Counted from the first letter of the whole stretch, positions 27,477 to 38,337 are shown. The stretch is 62,678 bases of DNA, filler included, from 6 parts of 6 records of this genome joined end to end with filler, not necessarily neighbours in it, one strand, 5' to 3'. Notes: generated from the sequence alone by a model not told the origin. Program-made: numbers and translations.

Positions 27477-28088
27477 TTAATGTAGTGATTTATTTTCTAA
27501 AAAACTAATTGAGTTTGGTCCTTCCATAAATAAAAGATCCAAAACAGATAGGTTTTTTATGAATCCAAATTTGTCATCAAACATTTGAGTGTAGCTATCA
27601 AAAACAATACCTAAGTCTTGTTTAGCATTACCTAAATGTCTAAAGTCATTTTCAGTCTTAATAATATACTCTTTAGTATTATTAAAATTTGAAGATATTT
27701 GAAGAGCATCAGTCATAAAAAGATAAGTGTCAATATTTACATCTAATAAAAATTTGTATTCTTTTGAAAAAATAGGAATAAGATCATCCTCATAGAATTC
27801 AAAAAAAGGCGAATTTCTATAGGCGATTTGAATAGATTTTAAATGTTGACTTTGCCATTGAGAGCTATTATCAACAAGTGTGTCCTTAGTTTTCTTTTTT
27901 TCTTTATTTGATAAGTGTTTAACAGGGATATTTAAAAGTTGTTTACCATTAGGCCCGTATATATAACAACGATTTCTATAGGTTTGTTTTTGATAGTTAT
28001 CTTCAAATTCAAAAACAACTTCATTAGAATTTACAATTGCTATATATTGAGAGATTGGTGAAAAATATGTTGGTAATAGTAAAGACAT
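27477..28088 (-). CDS. WbqC-family protein
   Basis: YQKQTYRNRC, AYRNSPFFEFY, NLSVLDLLFMEGP. Confidence 0.9.
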   Translation of the reverse strand: MSLLLPTYFSPISQYIAIVNSNEVVFEFEDNYQKQTYRNRCYIYGPNGKQLLNIPVKHLSNKEKKKTKDTLVDNSSQWQSQHLKSIQIAYRNSPFFEFYEDDLIPIFSKEYKFLLDVNIDTYLFMTDALQISSNFNNTKEYIIKTENDFRHLGNAKQDLGIVFDSYTQMFDDKFGFIKNLSVLDLLFMEGPNSISFLENKSLH

Positions 28089-28090
28089 TT

Positions 28091-29704
28091 TTATTTTGAT
28101 GTCTTTTTACGTTTTAAGAAATAACTAACTACATAATATCCCATTAGTGCTATTAAAAAGAACTTAAAATAAGAAACAGGTTTTCCACTTCCACCAACTG
28201 TTGTAAACATTCTATCCCACTTAATTGACTTAATCTTATCAGTAAAATTAAAGATAGAAATATTAGGATCCCAACTTAACCAAATAAAAACAGGTTTACC
28301 CACAACATGGTCAAATGGAACATATCCCCACGCTCGTGCATCTAAAGAATTATGTCTATTGTCTCCCATCATCCAATAGTAATCTTGTTTAAAAGTATAT
28401 GAGGTTACTTGTTTTCCATTTAAGTAATATTTTCCATCAGCAATATTAAAATTATTATGTTCGTATCTTCTAATTATTTGCTCATAAAATGGAATTGATT
28501 TTTCATTTAATTCAACTTTATCACCTGCTTTTGGAATATATATTGGGCCATAATTATCTTGACTCCATTTATATTGAGGGTCATGAGGAAAAAGACTTTC
28601 AGTAAATGTTCCTTTTGGATCAATATTTTTTGTTATTTTTTTAACTATCGGGTTTTTTGCTATTAAAGCAGCTTCTTTATCTGTAAGATTTAATATAAAT
28701 TCTCCCTTGGCATTGGTTCTTAACTGTCCATTACTTCCCCATAGAGCTTCTCTAATATTATAACGTTGTAAAGCGCCTCTGCTAAATTGTTTACCACCAG
28801 TGTCTACCATAAAAATATATTGTGGATTTGCTCTATCTGGTAACACTGTTTTTTTACCATTTATATAAACATAACCATCAATCACTTCTAAAGAATCACC
28901 AGCAATACCAACACATCTTTTTACATAGTTTGTTCTTTTGTCTACCGGTTTGTATGTGAAATTGTTAGAATAATCGTTGTACATTGAGTTGGTAGAATCT
29001 GCAGGCCAACTAAAAACAACAATGTCATTTCTTTTTATTTTTTGTAAACCAGGAAGTCTTAAATCTGGAATAGATAACTTATTTAGCCAAGACTCTTGAT
29101 TTTTAGAATCAGAAAGATAAGACTTACCAATAAAAGGTAAGGTGTCATGTACCATTGGTGCTGCTATTGGTGTTCTTGGAACTCTAGCACCATAATGAAA
29201 TTTACTCACAAATAGAAAATCACCAACATACAATGTCTTTTCTAAAGATGAAGTAGGAATTGTATAAGGCTGCATAAAATAAGTATGCACTAAAGTTGCG
29301 GCAATTATAGCAAATGAAATAGAACTTACCCATTCTCCTAAAGCAGTTCTTGGTTGTAAACTCCTTTCTTTTATATGATCATTTGTTGATGTGTAATTAA
29401 TATAAAACAAATAAAACCCTAAGGTAATGACAGCTAAAATTGAATCAATATTTTTATTATGTCCAAAGCTTCTACAAGTTTCAATCCATAAAATAGGGAA
29501 CATTAATAAGTTTACAATCGGAATAAATAATAATATAACCCACCATTTAGGTCTGTTAATTATCTGCATTAATACAATACCGTTATAAATAGGGACAATT
29601 GCTTCCCAAGCTTTTCTATCAGCCTTAACATATAGTTTCCATGTAGCTAAAAAGTGAACAACTTGAATTGCTATAAAGAATATAAACCAATCTGTAAATG
29701 TCAT
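28091..29704 (-). CDS. lepB: Signal peptidase I
   Basis: IPTSSLEKTL (catalytic Ser), YVKRC (catalytic Lys), MGDNRHNSLDAR. Confidence 0.96.
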   Translation of the reverse strand: MTFTDWFIFFIAIQVVHFLATWKLYVKADRKAWEAIVPIYNGIVLMQIINRPKWWVILLFIPIVNLLMFPILWIETCRSFGHNKNIDSILAVITLGFYLFYINYTSTNDHIKERSLQPRTALGEWVSSISFAIIAATLVHTYFMQPYTIPTSSLEKTLYVGDFLFVSKFHYGARVPRTPIAAPMVHDTLPFIGKSYLSDSKNQESWLNKLSIPDLRLPGLQKIKRNDIVVFSWPADSTNSMYNDYSNNFTYKPVDKRTNYVKRCVGIAGDSLEVIDGYVYINGKKTVLPDRANPQYIFMVDTGGKQFSRGALQRYNIREALWGSNGQLRTNAKGEFILNLTDKEAALIAKNPIVKKITKNIDPKGTFTESLFPHDPQYKWSQDNYGPIYIPKAGDKVELNEKSIPFYEQIIRRYEHNNFNIADGKYYLNGKQVTSYTFKQDYYWMMGDNRHNSLDARAWGYVPFDHVVGKPVFIWLSWDPNISIFNFTDKIKSIKWDRMFTTVGGSGKPVSYFKFFLIALMGYYVVSYFLKRKKTSK

Positions 29705-29788
29705 AATATGTATTTTTTGTTTCTTTTATTGAAACGAATTTGTCAATAATAATTAATAAGTTCATTATTGAAAGAAATGTTACATTCT

Positions 29789-30490
29789 TTAACCTATGTT
29801 TAACACATCTTTCATGCTAAAAACTCCTTTTTTATTTAATATCCATTCAGCAGCAACAACAGCTCCAAGTGCAAAACCTTGTCGATTGTGTGCCGTATGT
29901 TTAATCTCGATGGTGTCTACCTCAGATGAGTATTCTACCACATGAGTTCCAGGTACATCAGGTATTCTTTTGGCAATTATTGGAATAGAATCTGATGAGT
30001 CTGTAGTATCTAATTTCCAATCAGATTTATTGGAGTTTTCTATAATGCCTTCTGCAAGTGTTATTGCAGTTCCACTTGGGGCATCTAACTTTTTAGTATG
30101 ATGTATCTCTTCTAAGCTAATATTATAATCAGATAAAGAATTCATCATTTTTGCTAATTGATTGTTGAGTTCAAAAAATATATTAACTCCTAAACTAAAA
30201 TTTGAAGCATAAATAAAAGCTCCATTTTTTTGTTTACACAATTCAATTGCTTCATCATATTTATCTAGCCAACCAGTGGTTCCAGAAATAACAGGTATGT
30301 TATTTGTAAAACAAGTAGAAATGTTGTTAAAAGCAGCAGAAGGAACGCTAAAATCAATAGCGACATCTGCTTTTGAAATTTCGTATTCTGTATTGTCACT
30401 AATTGTTAATACAATTTCATGACCCCTTTGTAAAGCTATTTTTTCAATCTCTTTACCCATTCTTCCGTATCCTAATAATGCAATCTTCAT
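29789..30490 (-). CDS. dapB: 4-hydroxy-tetrahydrodipicolinate reductase
   Basis: GYGRMG, GTTG, NFSLGVN, EIHHTKKLDAPSGTA. Confidence 0.97.
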   Translation of the reverse strand: MKIALLGYGRMGKEIEKIALQRGHEIVLTISDNTEYEISKADVAIDFSVPSAAFNNISTCFTNNIPVISGTTGWLDKYDEAIELCKQKNGAFIYASNFSLGVNIFFELNNQLAKMMNSLSDYNISLEEIHHTKKLDAPSGTAITLAEGIIENSNKSDWKLDTTDSSDSIPIIAKRIPDVPGTHVVEYSSEVDTIEIKHTAHNRQGFALGAVVAAEWILNKKGVFSMKDVLNIG

Positions 30491-31084
30491 TTAAAATGAA
30501 AGTTTAAATTTAAGTCCAACTTTTGGTATTTCATAACCATCTGTTGGGTTTGAAATTACTGTTGGTGAAAATGATAAATTATCGTTTGTGTTAAATTGAA
30601 TTAAATGTGCATTTACACTTGCTTCAACAATTTGTAAAACATAAAAAATAACAGTAGTTAGTAATGATAAATCTCTATTGCTTTTCAAAGTTTTCTGAGC
30701 ACTAATTAATCCATTTCTTGATATTAAAACCGATCCATCGCTTTGTGTAAATTCATCTGTTAACCCTGCTTCTCTTAACTTAAAAGCAGTTCTGTATCGC
30801 TTATATTCTTTATTATTATCTAAGTAGAAATAAATACTAGTTCCCATAGCTGCCCAAACTACAGGCGCTTTCCAATATTTTTTATTGTAAATTTGTCCTA
30901 ATCCTGGAAAAATAGCAGAATAAAAAGCCGCTTTTGAAGGGGCAAGAGGATTAAAATAATTGCTATTTATTTTAATATCACCCTTAACTTTTACTTCTTT
31001 TATTTGAATTGAATCTTTTTGTGCATTTAATCCAATGGATATAAATAATACACTTAAGAAAAATATTTTTTTTAAAGGAGACAC
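30491..31084 (-). CDS. DUF5683-like protein
   Basis: PSKAAFYSAIFPGLGQIYNKKYWK; lies between parB and dapB. Confidence 0.8.
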   Translation of the reverse strand: MSPLKKIFFLSVLFISIGLNAQKDSIQIKEVKVKGDIKINSNYFNPLAPSKAAFYSAIFPGLGQIYNKKYWKAPVVWAAMGTSIYFYLDNNKEYKRYRTAFKLREAGLTDEFTQSDGSVLISRNGLISAQKTLKSNRDLSLLTTVIFYVLQIVEASVNAHLIQFNTNDNLSFSPTVISNPTDGYEIPKVGLKFKLSF

Positions 31085-31971
31085 TATTTTAAAAGGTTTT
31101 TAATTCGATTAAAGTCTTCTTCAGAAGAGAAAGGAATCGTTAATTTTCCTTTTCCTTTTGAGTTTGCAGATATTGATACTTTATGCCCAAAAAATGAATT
31201 TATCTCTTTTATTGAGTTCTTAACAAAACTTGGTGTTTCATTCTTCTTATTAACTGAAGTAATTCCTTCTTTAAGGTTTTTTACCAAAGCTTCTGTTTGT
31301 CTAACAGAAAGCTTGTCTTTAACAATTTTAGTGTAAATATTTAACTGATCGTCAGAAGAATCAATGTTAATCAAAGCTCTTCCATGCCCCATAGAAATAA
31401 ACCCATCTCTCATTCCGGTTTGGATGATAGGATCTAATTTTAATAAACGTAAATAATTTGTAACTGTAGATCTTTTCTTACCAACCCTAATACTTAGTTG
31501 TTCTTGTGTTAATTTAATCTCATCTATTAAGCGCTGATAAGATAATGAAACCTCAATAGGGTCTAAATTTTTTCGTTGGATATTTTCTACCAATGCCATT
31601 TCTAGCATTTCTTGATCATTCGCAATTCTAATATAAGCAGGTACGGTACTATTTCCAATTAATTTTGAAGCTCTAAATCTACGTTCACCAGAAACCAATT
31701 GAAATTTATTTCCTGATAGTTTTCGTACAGTAATTGGTTGAATAACCCCTAATTCTTTAATAGAGTTAGCTAGTTCTGTTAAAGCTTCTTCATCAAAATA
31801 TGTTCTTGGTTGAAACGGGTTTACTTCAATACTGTTCAATTCGATTTCAACAATATTTCCAACCAATTGATCAGCGTTTTTATCAGATGCAGAATTTATT
31901 TCTGCAGAGTTTTCTTTTAATAAAGCAGACAATCCTCTTCCTAAAGCTTGTTTTTTTGTTGCTTTTGCCAT
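31084..31971 (-). CDS. parB: Chromosome partitioning protein ParB
   Basis: LGRGLSALL, NPFQPR, GERRFRA, ENIQR, RSTVTNYLRLL. Confidence 0.96.
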   Translation of the reverse strand: MAKATKKQALGRGLSALLKENSAEINSASDKNADQLVGNIVEIELNSIEVNPFQPRTYFDEEALTELANSIKELGVIQPITVRKLSGNKFQLVSGERRFRASKLIGNSTVPAYIRIANDQEMLEMALVENIQRKNLDPIEVSLSYQRLIDEIKLTQEQLSIRVGKKRSTVTNYLRLLKLDPIIQTGMRDGFISMGHGRALINIDSSDDQLNIYTKIVKDKLSVRQTEALVKNLKEGITSVNKKNETPSFVKNSIKEINSFFGHKVSISANSKGKGKLTIPFSSEEDFNRIKNLLK

Positions 31972-32735
31972 TATGCGTTCTTCTTTATAATTTCGTTTGC
32001 TAAACTTAAATAATTAACAGCTCCTTTACTTGTTGCATCATAAGCTATAATACTTTCACCATAACTTGGTGCTTCTCCTAAACGAGTATTTCTTCTAATA
32101 ATTGTTTCAAAAACCATAGTGCTAAAGTGTTTTCTAACTTCTTCTACTACTTGATTTGATAAACGTAAACGAGAATCAAACATGGTTAAAAGTAATCCTT
32201 CAATGTCTAAATTAGGATTATGAATATTTTGAACACTTTTAATTGTGTTTAATAATTTACCTAACCCTTCTAAGGCAAAGTATTCACATTGAATTGGAAT
32301 TATAACAGAATCTGCTGCAACTAATGAGTTTAATGTAATTAAACCAAGAGAAGGAGCGCAATCGATTAAAACATAATCGTAGTCACTCACTACATCTTTC
32401 AATGCTTTTTGAAGCATGTATTCCCTTTGTTCTTTGTCTACTAATTCAATTTCAATTGCAACTAAATCAATATGGGCTGGAATAATATCTACATTAGGAG
32501 AGTTTGTTTTTAGAATAGCATCTTTTGCAGAAACAGTCAATTCTAAAACTTGATAAGTTCCAATCTCAATACTTTCAACATCAATACCTAAACCAGAAGA
32601 TGCGTTTGCCTGTGGGTCTGCATCTATTAGTAAAACTTTTTTTTCTAAAACTCCTAAAGAAGCAGCTAAATTTACTGTTGTTGTTGTTTTTCCAACACCA
32701 CCTTTTTGATTTGCTATTGCAATGATTTTACCCAT
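31971..32735 (-). CDS. parA: Chromosome partitioning ATPase ParA/Soj
   Basis: NQKGGVGKTT, DADPQAN, DCAPSLG, QCEYFALEG. Confidence 0.97.
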   Translation of the reverse strand: MGKIIAIANQKGGVGKTTTTVNLAASLGVLEKKVLLIDADPQANASSGLGIDVESIEIGTYQVLELTVSAKDAILKTNSPNVDIIPAHIDLVAIEIELVDKEQREYMLQKALKDVVSDYDYVLIDCAPSLGLITLNSLVAADSVIIPIQCEYFALEGLGKLLNTIKSVQNIHNPNLDIEGLLLTMFDSRLRLSNQVVEEVRKHFSTMVFETIIRRNTRLGEAPSYGESIIAYDATSKGAVNYLSLANEIIKKNA

Positions 32736-32865
32736 TAATTGTTTCTGATTTATAAGAAGTAAAAATACGATTATTTACGATTAATTAAAATCAAAGATGT
32801 TAACAATAGGAATAAAAAATAAAACACTGAAAAACAGTTGTTTGTGTTTGTTTTGTTAAGGATAA

Positions 32866-32965
32866 NNNNNNNNNNNNNNNNNNNNNNNNNNNNNNNNNNN
32901 NNNNNNNNNTTAATTAATTAANNNNNNNNNNNNNNNNNNNNNNNNNNNNNNNNNNNNNNNNNNNN
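32866..32965. other. Artificial contig linker
   Basis: N44-TTAATTAATTAA-N44. Confidence 0.99.
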
Positions 32966-33003
32966 GTGAAACGCTGAATTCTGCATTTTGAGGTGTTTGG
33001 GTA
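32966..33003. repeat. Right part of an ERIC-like palindromic repeat
   Basis: 32966-32995 is identical to 41876-41905 and continues TTTGGGTA, the inverse of the TACCCAA end. Confidence 0.75.
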
Positions 33004-33077
33004 ACAATCACATTGCATATGTTTCTATTTAAACTACAATTTAATGAAATGTGATCAAGGATGATACTTTAACCGCT

Positions 33078-33443
33078 ATGCTCGCAAAACCTATATACGA
33101 ATCGATTCCCTATTTTTACTTCACCTTTGGTGCAAGCTGCTTACTTATTGCAAGCTCTATTATCCCAACCGCGATTGGTATCATAGTGTTTTTAAATGGC
33201 GCTAACATTTGGCGCTTACGCTCTAACGCTCGACGAATTGATCACAAAGTTAACCGCAAAAAAGTAAAAAAGCACTATTACTACTATGAATTTAAACCCT
33301 TTCTTTTGTTAACGTGTGCACTACTTTTGATTAGATGGGCTCCTTATCAAATAGTAACAATTGCAGGTTTAATACTGTGTTTAATTGCGATGCTAATCAT
33401 ATTGCTAAGAGTATTAAACAGGCGCTCACGTTCTATGGTGTGA
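33078..33443 (+). CDS. Hypothetical membrane protein with an internal duplication
   Basis: Two similar halves (IYESIPYFY / YYEFKPFLL), each with two TM segments followed by LR; ATG 33078 preferred over GTG 33051. Confidence 0.7.
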   Translation: MLAKPIYESIPYFYFTFGASCLLIASSIIPTAIGIIVFLNGANIWRLRSNARRIDHKVNRKKVKKHYYYYEFKPFLLLTCALLLIRWAPYQIVTIAGLILCLIAMLIILLRVLNRRSRSMV

Positions 33444-33490
33444 TTAAGTGCTTCACTGGTAGGAATATTTTATTTATGGCTCTAGCTGAG

Positions 33491-33527
33491 AGTGCAACAG
33501 CATTACTCACTTCGCTGCTGTTGCACT
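33491..33527. terminator. Hairpin between convergent genes
   Basis: AGTGCAACAGCA...TGCTGTTGCACT, 12-bp stem. Confidence 0.55.
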
Positions 33528-33533
33528 TTAGGT

Positions 33534-34817
33534 CTAACCTAGCTTTTCTAAGATGATGTTTCGTAACTCTTCATAATCATCTTTAATCTCTTGTGCTAAG
33601 CACGGCTTAGCAAGGGCATCTGCAAGCGGCTTTGGCATATCAAGTTCAATAGCTAGAATCTCTTCAACACTTTCTTTAAATTTAGCAGGGTGTGCAGTTG
33701 CTAAGAATATACCTGCACTGCCTGGGGCTAAATCTGATTTTAGGCCTTGGTAAGCAATCGCGGTGTGTGGTTCAGCAACATACCCTGTTTGTTGAATTGC
33801 TTTCATTACTGCTTGGGTGTCGTTTTCATCCACACTGGTTGAGTAAAAATTATCATAACTAAACCAGTTGTTATCAAGCATGGTTTGCACGCGAGGCCAG
33901 TTATTAGGCTTACTCACGTCCATCGCATTTGACAGCGACTCGATTGTTGCATTTGGTGCCCAGTTTTTATCTGCAATAAAACGCGGCACTGTATCATTTT
34001 GATTGGTTGTGGCGCTGAGCTTAGCAACAGGTAAGCCAATTACGGCACCTATCATCGCGGCGCACACATTACCAAAGTTACCACTTGGTACAGAAACATG
34101 TGCAGTTGCACGTTTTTCTTTTGGTAGCTGTGCAATGGCTTCAAAGTAATAGCATACTTGTGCCACTAAACGGCTAATATTGATCGAGTTAGCGGAGTTC
34201 AAGCCTAGGCGTGTTTTTACTTCATCATCTAAAAAGGCATTTTTTACCATGCTTTGGCAATCATCAAAACTGCCCTCTACCGCATAGCAATGAATGTTGT
34301 TGCCAAGAGTCGTAAATAACTTTTGCTGAGCCAGTGATATTTTGCCTTTAGGGTATAAAATGACTACGTCGATATTGGGCTTATTGTAAAAAGCATGTGC
34401 CACAGCGGCGCCAGTATCCCCTGAGGTCGCCGTTAAAATAGTGGTTTTTTCACCTTGGCTGAACTGCGCTAAACACTCTGCCATAAAACGCCCGCCAAAG
34501 TCTTTAAACGCAAGGGTTGGCCCATGAAATAGCTCTAAACAATAAATATTCTCTTCTACTTCCACTAACTCAACCGGGAAGTTAAAGGCATTTTGCACCA
34601 TTTGTGCCACGGTATCTGCCGGGAGCTCATCGCCAATCAGGTGCGATAAAATAGCCGAACTACGGCTGACAAAGTCCATTTCAAGCAAGGCATCAATATC
34701 TGCCATGGGCGCTAAAGATTCAGGAAAAAACACCCCTTGATTACGGCCAAGGCCTGTTTTAACCGCTTCAACAAACGACACTTTTTGCGTATCGTCCTTT
34801 AAATTATGTAATTGCAT
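33534..34817 (-). CDS. thrC: Threonine synthase
   Basis: ELFHGPTLAFKDFG, ATSGDTG, NSANSINISRL, PSGNFGN, TAHPAKF. Confidence 0.97.
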   Translation of the reverse strand: MQLHNLKDDTQKVSFVEAVKTGLGRNQGVFFPESLAPMADIDALLEMDFVSRSSAILSHLIGDELPADTVAQMVQNAFNFPVELVEVEENIYCLELFHGPTLAFKDFGGRFMAECLAQFSQGEKTTILTATSGDTGAAVAHAFYNKPNIDVVILYPKGKISLAQQKLFTTLGNNIHCYAVEGSFDDCQSMVKNAFLDDEVKTRLGLNSANSINISRLVAQVCYYFEAIAQLPKEKRATAHVSVPSGNFGNVCAAMIGAVIGLPVAKLSATTNQNDTVPRFIADKNWAPNATIESLSNAMDVSKPNNWPRVQTMLDNNWFSYDNFYSTSVDENDTQAVMKAIQQTGYVAEPHTAIAYQGLKSDLAPGSAGIFLATAHPAKFKESVEEILAIELDMPKPLADALAKPCLAQEIKDDYEELRNIILEKLG

Positions 34818-34834
34818 TCTTAGTTCCTTAATTC

Positions 34835-35761
34835 TTATAGCTGACGCGTGCCGGCATTATCAAGCTTACAGATATGGCAAAAGCCTTGTTCGTTTATATA
34901 ATTACTTTGTAACCATTGCTCGCACTGCTTTGCCGCTTCAAGCGTTTTACACACAGTAAATAACGTAGGTCCTGCTCCCGAAATACTGACAATTTCAGCA
35001 CCTAGCTCAGGTAGCGCTGCTTTCGCTTCACTAAATCCTGTGATGAGAGGAGCACGGTGTGGTTCGGCTATTTCATCACTCATAATTGATAAAGCGTCAT
35101 CGAAACGGTTCGTGAGCAGTAGCGTGCTAAACGCCGATAAACGCTGAGCAAACTCTACACTCGCATGCATGCTTAACTGTGTGGGTAACACCGAACGAGC
35201 TTTAGCTGTATTGAGTGAAAACCCCGGAAAAGCCGCCACGTAATACCAGCTATCATCGACAGGTAACGCCAGTGATTTGTCAGGGATTAAATCGCCCGTT
35301 AGCTGCAACCCACCTAAATAACATGGGGTAATGTTGTCATAATGACGCCCCCCACTAACAATAGCCTCAAAATCAGCCATTAATTCAATGAGTGCAACTT
35401 GACTAAGCTTGGTATCAGCAAATTTATCAAGCGCTGCAAATGTGGCAACCACTGAGCATGCGCTAGAACCAAGCCCTGAGCCTATCGGTAAGTTCTTTTT
35501 CAGCTCAAGCTTAACCGTCGGCATATTGGGCGCTACGTGTTCACGAAAATGCACTAAGCATTGATATGCTAAATTTTCACTGGCATCAGTGGGCAGTTTA
35601 TGGGCATAGTCGCCAGAGCAAATAAACTCATCAGCCGATGCTGAACTAACAGCCACTACATCACCCAATAAAGTGCCATCAATTGGTGCAAGCGCGGCAC
35701 CTAAGGCATCAAACCCTACCGCAAAATTACCGATAGAAGCCGGAGCATATACTTCAATCAT
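34835..35761 (-). CDS. thrB: Homoserine kinase
   Basis: APASIGN, PIGSGLGSSA (GHMP motif), HYDN, ISGAGPT. Confidence 0.97.
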   Translation of the reverse strand: MIEVYAPASIGNFAVGFDALGAALAPIDGTLLGDVVAVSSASADEFICSGDYAHKLPTDASENLAYQCLVHFREHVAPNMPTVKLELKKNLPIGSGLGSSACSVVATFAALDKFADTKLSQVALIELMADFEAIVSGGRHYDNITPCYLGGLQLTGDLIPDKSLALPVDDSWYYVAAFPGFSLNTAKARSVLPTQLSMHASVEFAQRLSAFSTLLLTNRFDDALSIMSDEIAEPHRAPLITGFSEAKAALPELGAEIVSISGAGPTLFTVCKTLEAAKQCEQWLQSNYINEQGFCHICKLDNAGTRQL

Positions 35762-35770
35762 AGCCCTCTC

Positions 35771-38188
35771 CTAACGAGACAATGTTTTTAAGATGTCAGC
35801 GAATACACCCGCGGCGGTCACCGCAGAGCCCGCCCCATATCCACGAATAACAAATGGGCGCGGTTGGTAGTACTCACTCAAAATTGCTAATGCGTTTTCT
35901 CCATCACGAATAACACTCAGTGCATGACTTGAATCAACAGCCTCAATACCGACTTTGCAGTGACCTTGTTTGATAGTACCAACATAACGTAGCACTTTGC
36001 CTTCACTTGCTGCACTGTGGATGCGGTCATTGAATGCGGCATCTAAGCTAGGCAGCTTGGCCATAAAGTCATCAACACTGTCATCTTGTGCAAACCCTTG
36101 TGGTAGCACAGATTCAACTTCGATATCACTAAGCTCTAGTTTTAACCCTGCCTCGCGAGCAATGATTAGAAGCTTACGCGCAACATCAGTACCTGATAAG
36201 TCATCCCGCGGATCTGGCTCAGTAAAGCCACTTTCCTTTGCTTTAACTGTGGCCTCTGATAGTGACAAGCCATCCTCTAGCGCGCCAAACATATACGACA
36301 ACGAACCTGATAAAATACCGCTGAATTCAAGTAACTCATCACCAGCACCAAATAGCGACTGCAAGTTATCAATAACCGGAAGGCCAGCGCCTACGTTGGT
36401 TTCGTATAAAAACTTGCGGTTATTTTTTTGCGTTGCACTAATTAAATCTTGGTAATACGTATACGAGCTAGTTGTGGCTTTTTTATTGGCCGCAACGACA
36501 TGAAAACCAGCATTTAAAAAGTCGACGTATTGTGCAGCTAATGCATCCGAAGAAGTACAATCAACCAGCACCGGGTTGATTAAATGATTTTGCTTTACAA
36601 ATTGCTCAACCAGTTTTAAATCAAACCCTTGCTCTGATGTTGCGAGCTTTTGCTGCCAATCACCAAATTGCACCCCTTCACTGTCTAAATGAAGTTGACG
36701 AGAGTTGGCTACGCCATACAAGTTAAGTTTAATGTTGCGTTTTTCAAGCCAGGCTTGTTGGCGCTCAAGTTGTTGAATTAGCTCCTGACCGACTAAGCCA
36801 CAGCCCAGTAAAAACACATCGATTGACGGGATATGAGTAAAGAAGTTTTCGTGGCACACTTTAACAGCATCGTTACACAGTTCACCGTCAATAACCGCTG
36901 AGATAGCACTTTCAGTCGAGTCTTGTGCAATTGCAACAATGTTTACTTGTGCTTGTGCTAAAGAGGCAAAAAACTTGGCAGCTAAGCCTTTGTGCGCGCG
37001 CATGTTGTCACCTACTAGGGTAACAATCGCTAAATTACGCTGCACTTGAACAGGCTCAATCAGACCCGCTTGCGATTCAAGCTCAAAGGCCGTTTGTAAA
37101 GCTTCAAGTGCAAGGGCTAAATCTGATTCATGAACACAAAAACTGATACTAAATTCACACGACGATTGCGTGATTAATACGATAGACACGTTATCATGAG
37201 CAAGGGCATTAAATACCTTTGATGCCATACCTACCTTACCTTTCATGCCTGGGCCCGAAACCGTTAACATGGCAAGATCTTGTAAGCTAGACAGCGCTTT
37301 TACAGGTTCATCTGATGCGTAATCATTACCAATTAATGAGCCTTGCGCCTCTGGGTTATGGGTATTTTTAATTTCACATGGCACGCCCGCTTTAGCGCAC
37401 GGTAAAATTGTTTTCGGGTGAAGCACCTTAGCACCAAAATAAGACAGTTCCATCGCTTCTTTATAAGATAAAAAATCGACCTTAGTCGCCTTTTTAATAT
37501 AGCGAGGATCGGCATTATAAACGCCATCTACATCAGTCCAAATTTGGCACACGTCGGCTTCTAAACACGCTGCTGCAATCGCAGCTGAATAATCAGAGCC
37601 ATTACGGCCAAGTGTTGTTAACTCACCTTGTTCATTACTTGCCGTAAAACCAGGCATGATGTAAATGTTAGCAGGGCTATCTTTTAATGCTGCTTGAAAA
37701 CGAACCTTACTTGCAGCTAAATCAGCTTCAGCATCAATATGGCCACCCGTTGAAGCGATACAGGCTGTGGCTTCTAAGTAACGTGCATTGTGTGAGCTCA
37801 ATAAACATTGCATTAATGACACACTAACGCGTTCACCAAAGCTAATAACATACGCACGTACTTGATCAGGGCAACACTTAATCAGTTTTACGCCTGCCAG
37901 TTTATTGCTTAATTCATTAAGATCTGGCCAGTTCTCGACTTGACCAAAATCAGCTTCTACCGCACTTTTTAAACTTTCACAACGCTGCGTTAAAGCTTGC
38001 CATTGGTCGCTGTAATCTAGCCCTTGTTCTGCGCTGCTAGCCAGCGCAACAAGAGAGTCAGTCATACCGCCTGGCGCTGACAATACCAATAACATTTCAT
38101 CTTTTAGTTGCGCTTTGACTAACTGAGCTACCTGTTGTAAACACGCAAAGTCGGCAAGTGATGACCCACCAAATTTTAATACTCGCAT
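35771..38188 (-). CDS. thrA: Bifunctional aspartokinase/homoserine dehydrogenase I
   Basis: KFGGSS, LGRNGSDYSA, DVDGVY, ACT domains, YETNVGAGLP, EPDPRDDLSG. Confidence 0.98.
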   Translation of the reverse strand: MRVLKFGGSSLADFACLQQVAQLVKAQLKDEMLLVLSAPGGMTDSLVALASSAEQGLDYSDQWQALTQRCESLKSAVEADFGQVENWPDLNELSNKLAGVKLIKCCPDQVRAYVISFGERVSVSLMQCLLSSHNARYLEATACIASTGGHIDAEADLAASKVRFQAALKDSPANIYIMPGFTASNEQGELTTLGRNGSDYSAAIAAACLEADVCQIWTDVDGVYNADPRYIKKATKVDFLSYKEAMELSYFGAKVLHPKTILPCAKAGVPCEIKNTHNPEAQGSLIGNDYASDEPVKALSSLQDLAMLTVSGPGMKGKVGMASKVFNALAHDNVSIVLITQSSCEFSISFCVHESDLALALEALQTAFELESQAGLIEPVQVQRNLAIVTLVGDNMRAHKGLAAKFFASLAQAQVNIVAIAQDSTESAISAVIDGELCNDAVKVCHENFFTHIPSIDVFLLGCGLVGQELIQQLERQQAWLEKRNIKLNLYGVANSRQLHLDSEGVQFGDWQQKLATSEQGFDLKLVEQFVKQNHLINPVLVDCTSSDALAAQYVDFLNAGFHVVAANKKATTSSYTYYQDLISATQKNNRKFLYETNVGAGLPVIDNLQSLFGAGDELLEFSGILSGSLSYMFGALEDGLSLSEATVKAKESGFTEPDPRDDLSGTDVARKLLIIAREAGLKLELSDIEVESVLPQGFAQDDSVDDFMAKLPSLDAAFNDRIHSAASEGKVLRYVGTIKQGHCKVGIEAVDSSHALSVIRDGENALAILSEYYQPRPFVIRGYGAGSAVTAAGVFADILKTLSR

Positions 38189-38216
38189 TTTTTATGTTTC
38201 CTCATCCCATAAAACG

Positions 38217-38252
38217 AAAAAAGGCCTGTGTTCTTAGTGAACACAGGCCTTT
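38217..38252 (-). terminator. thr attenuator terminator
   Basis: Minus strand AAAGGCCTGTGTTC-ACTAA-GAACACAGGCCTTTTTT, between the leader ORF and thrA. Confidence 0.92.
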
Positions 38253-38277
38253 AAATTTGTTGCACCGACCTATGCCA

Positions 38278-38337
38278 CTATCCAGTAAGAATGGTGGTTG
38301 TAATAATAATGGTCAGTACATGATTATTTGTTTTCAT
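38278..38337 (-). CDS. thrL: thr operon leader peptide MKTNNHVLTIIITTTILTG
   Basis: 19-aa ORF with 6 Thr and 4 Ile codons directly upstream of the terminator and thrA; missing from the ORF track. Confidence 0.92.
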   Translation of the reverse strand: MKTNNHVLTIIITTTILTG

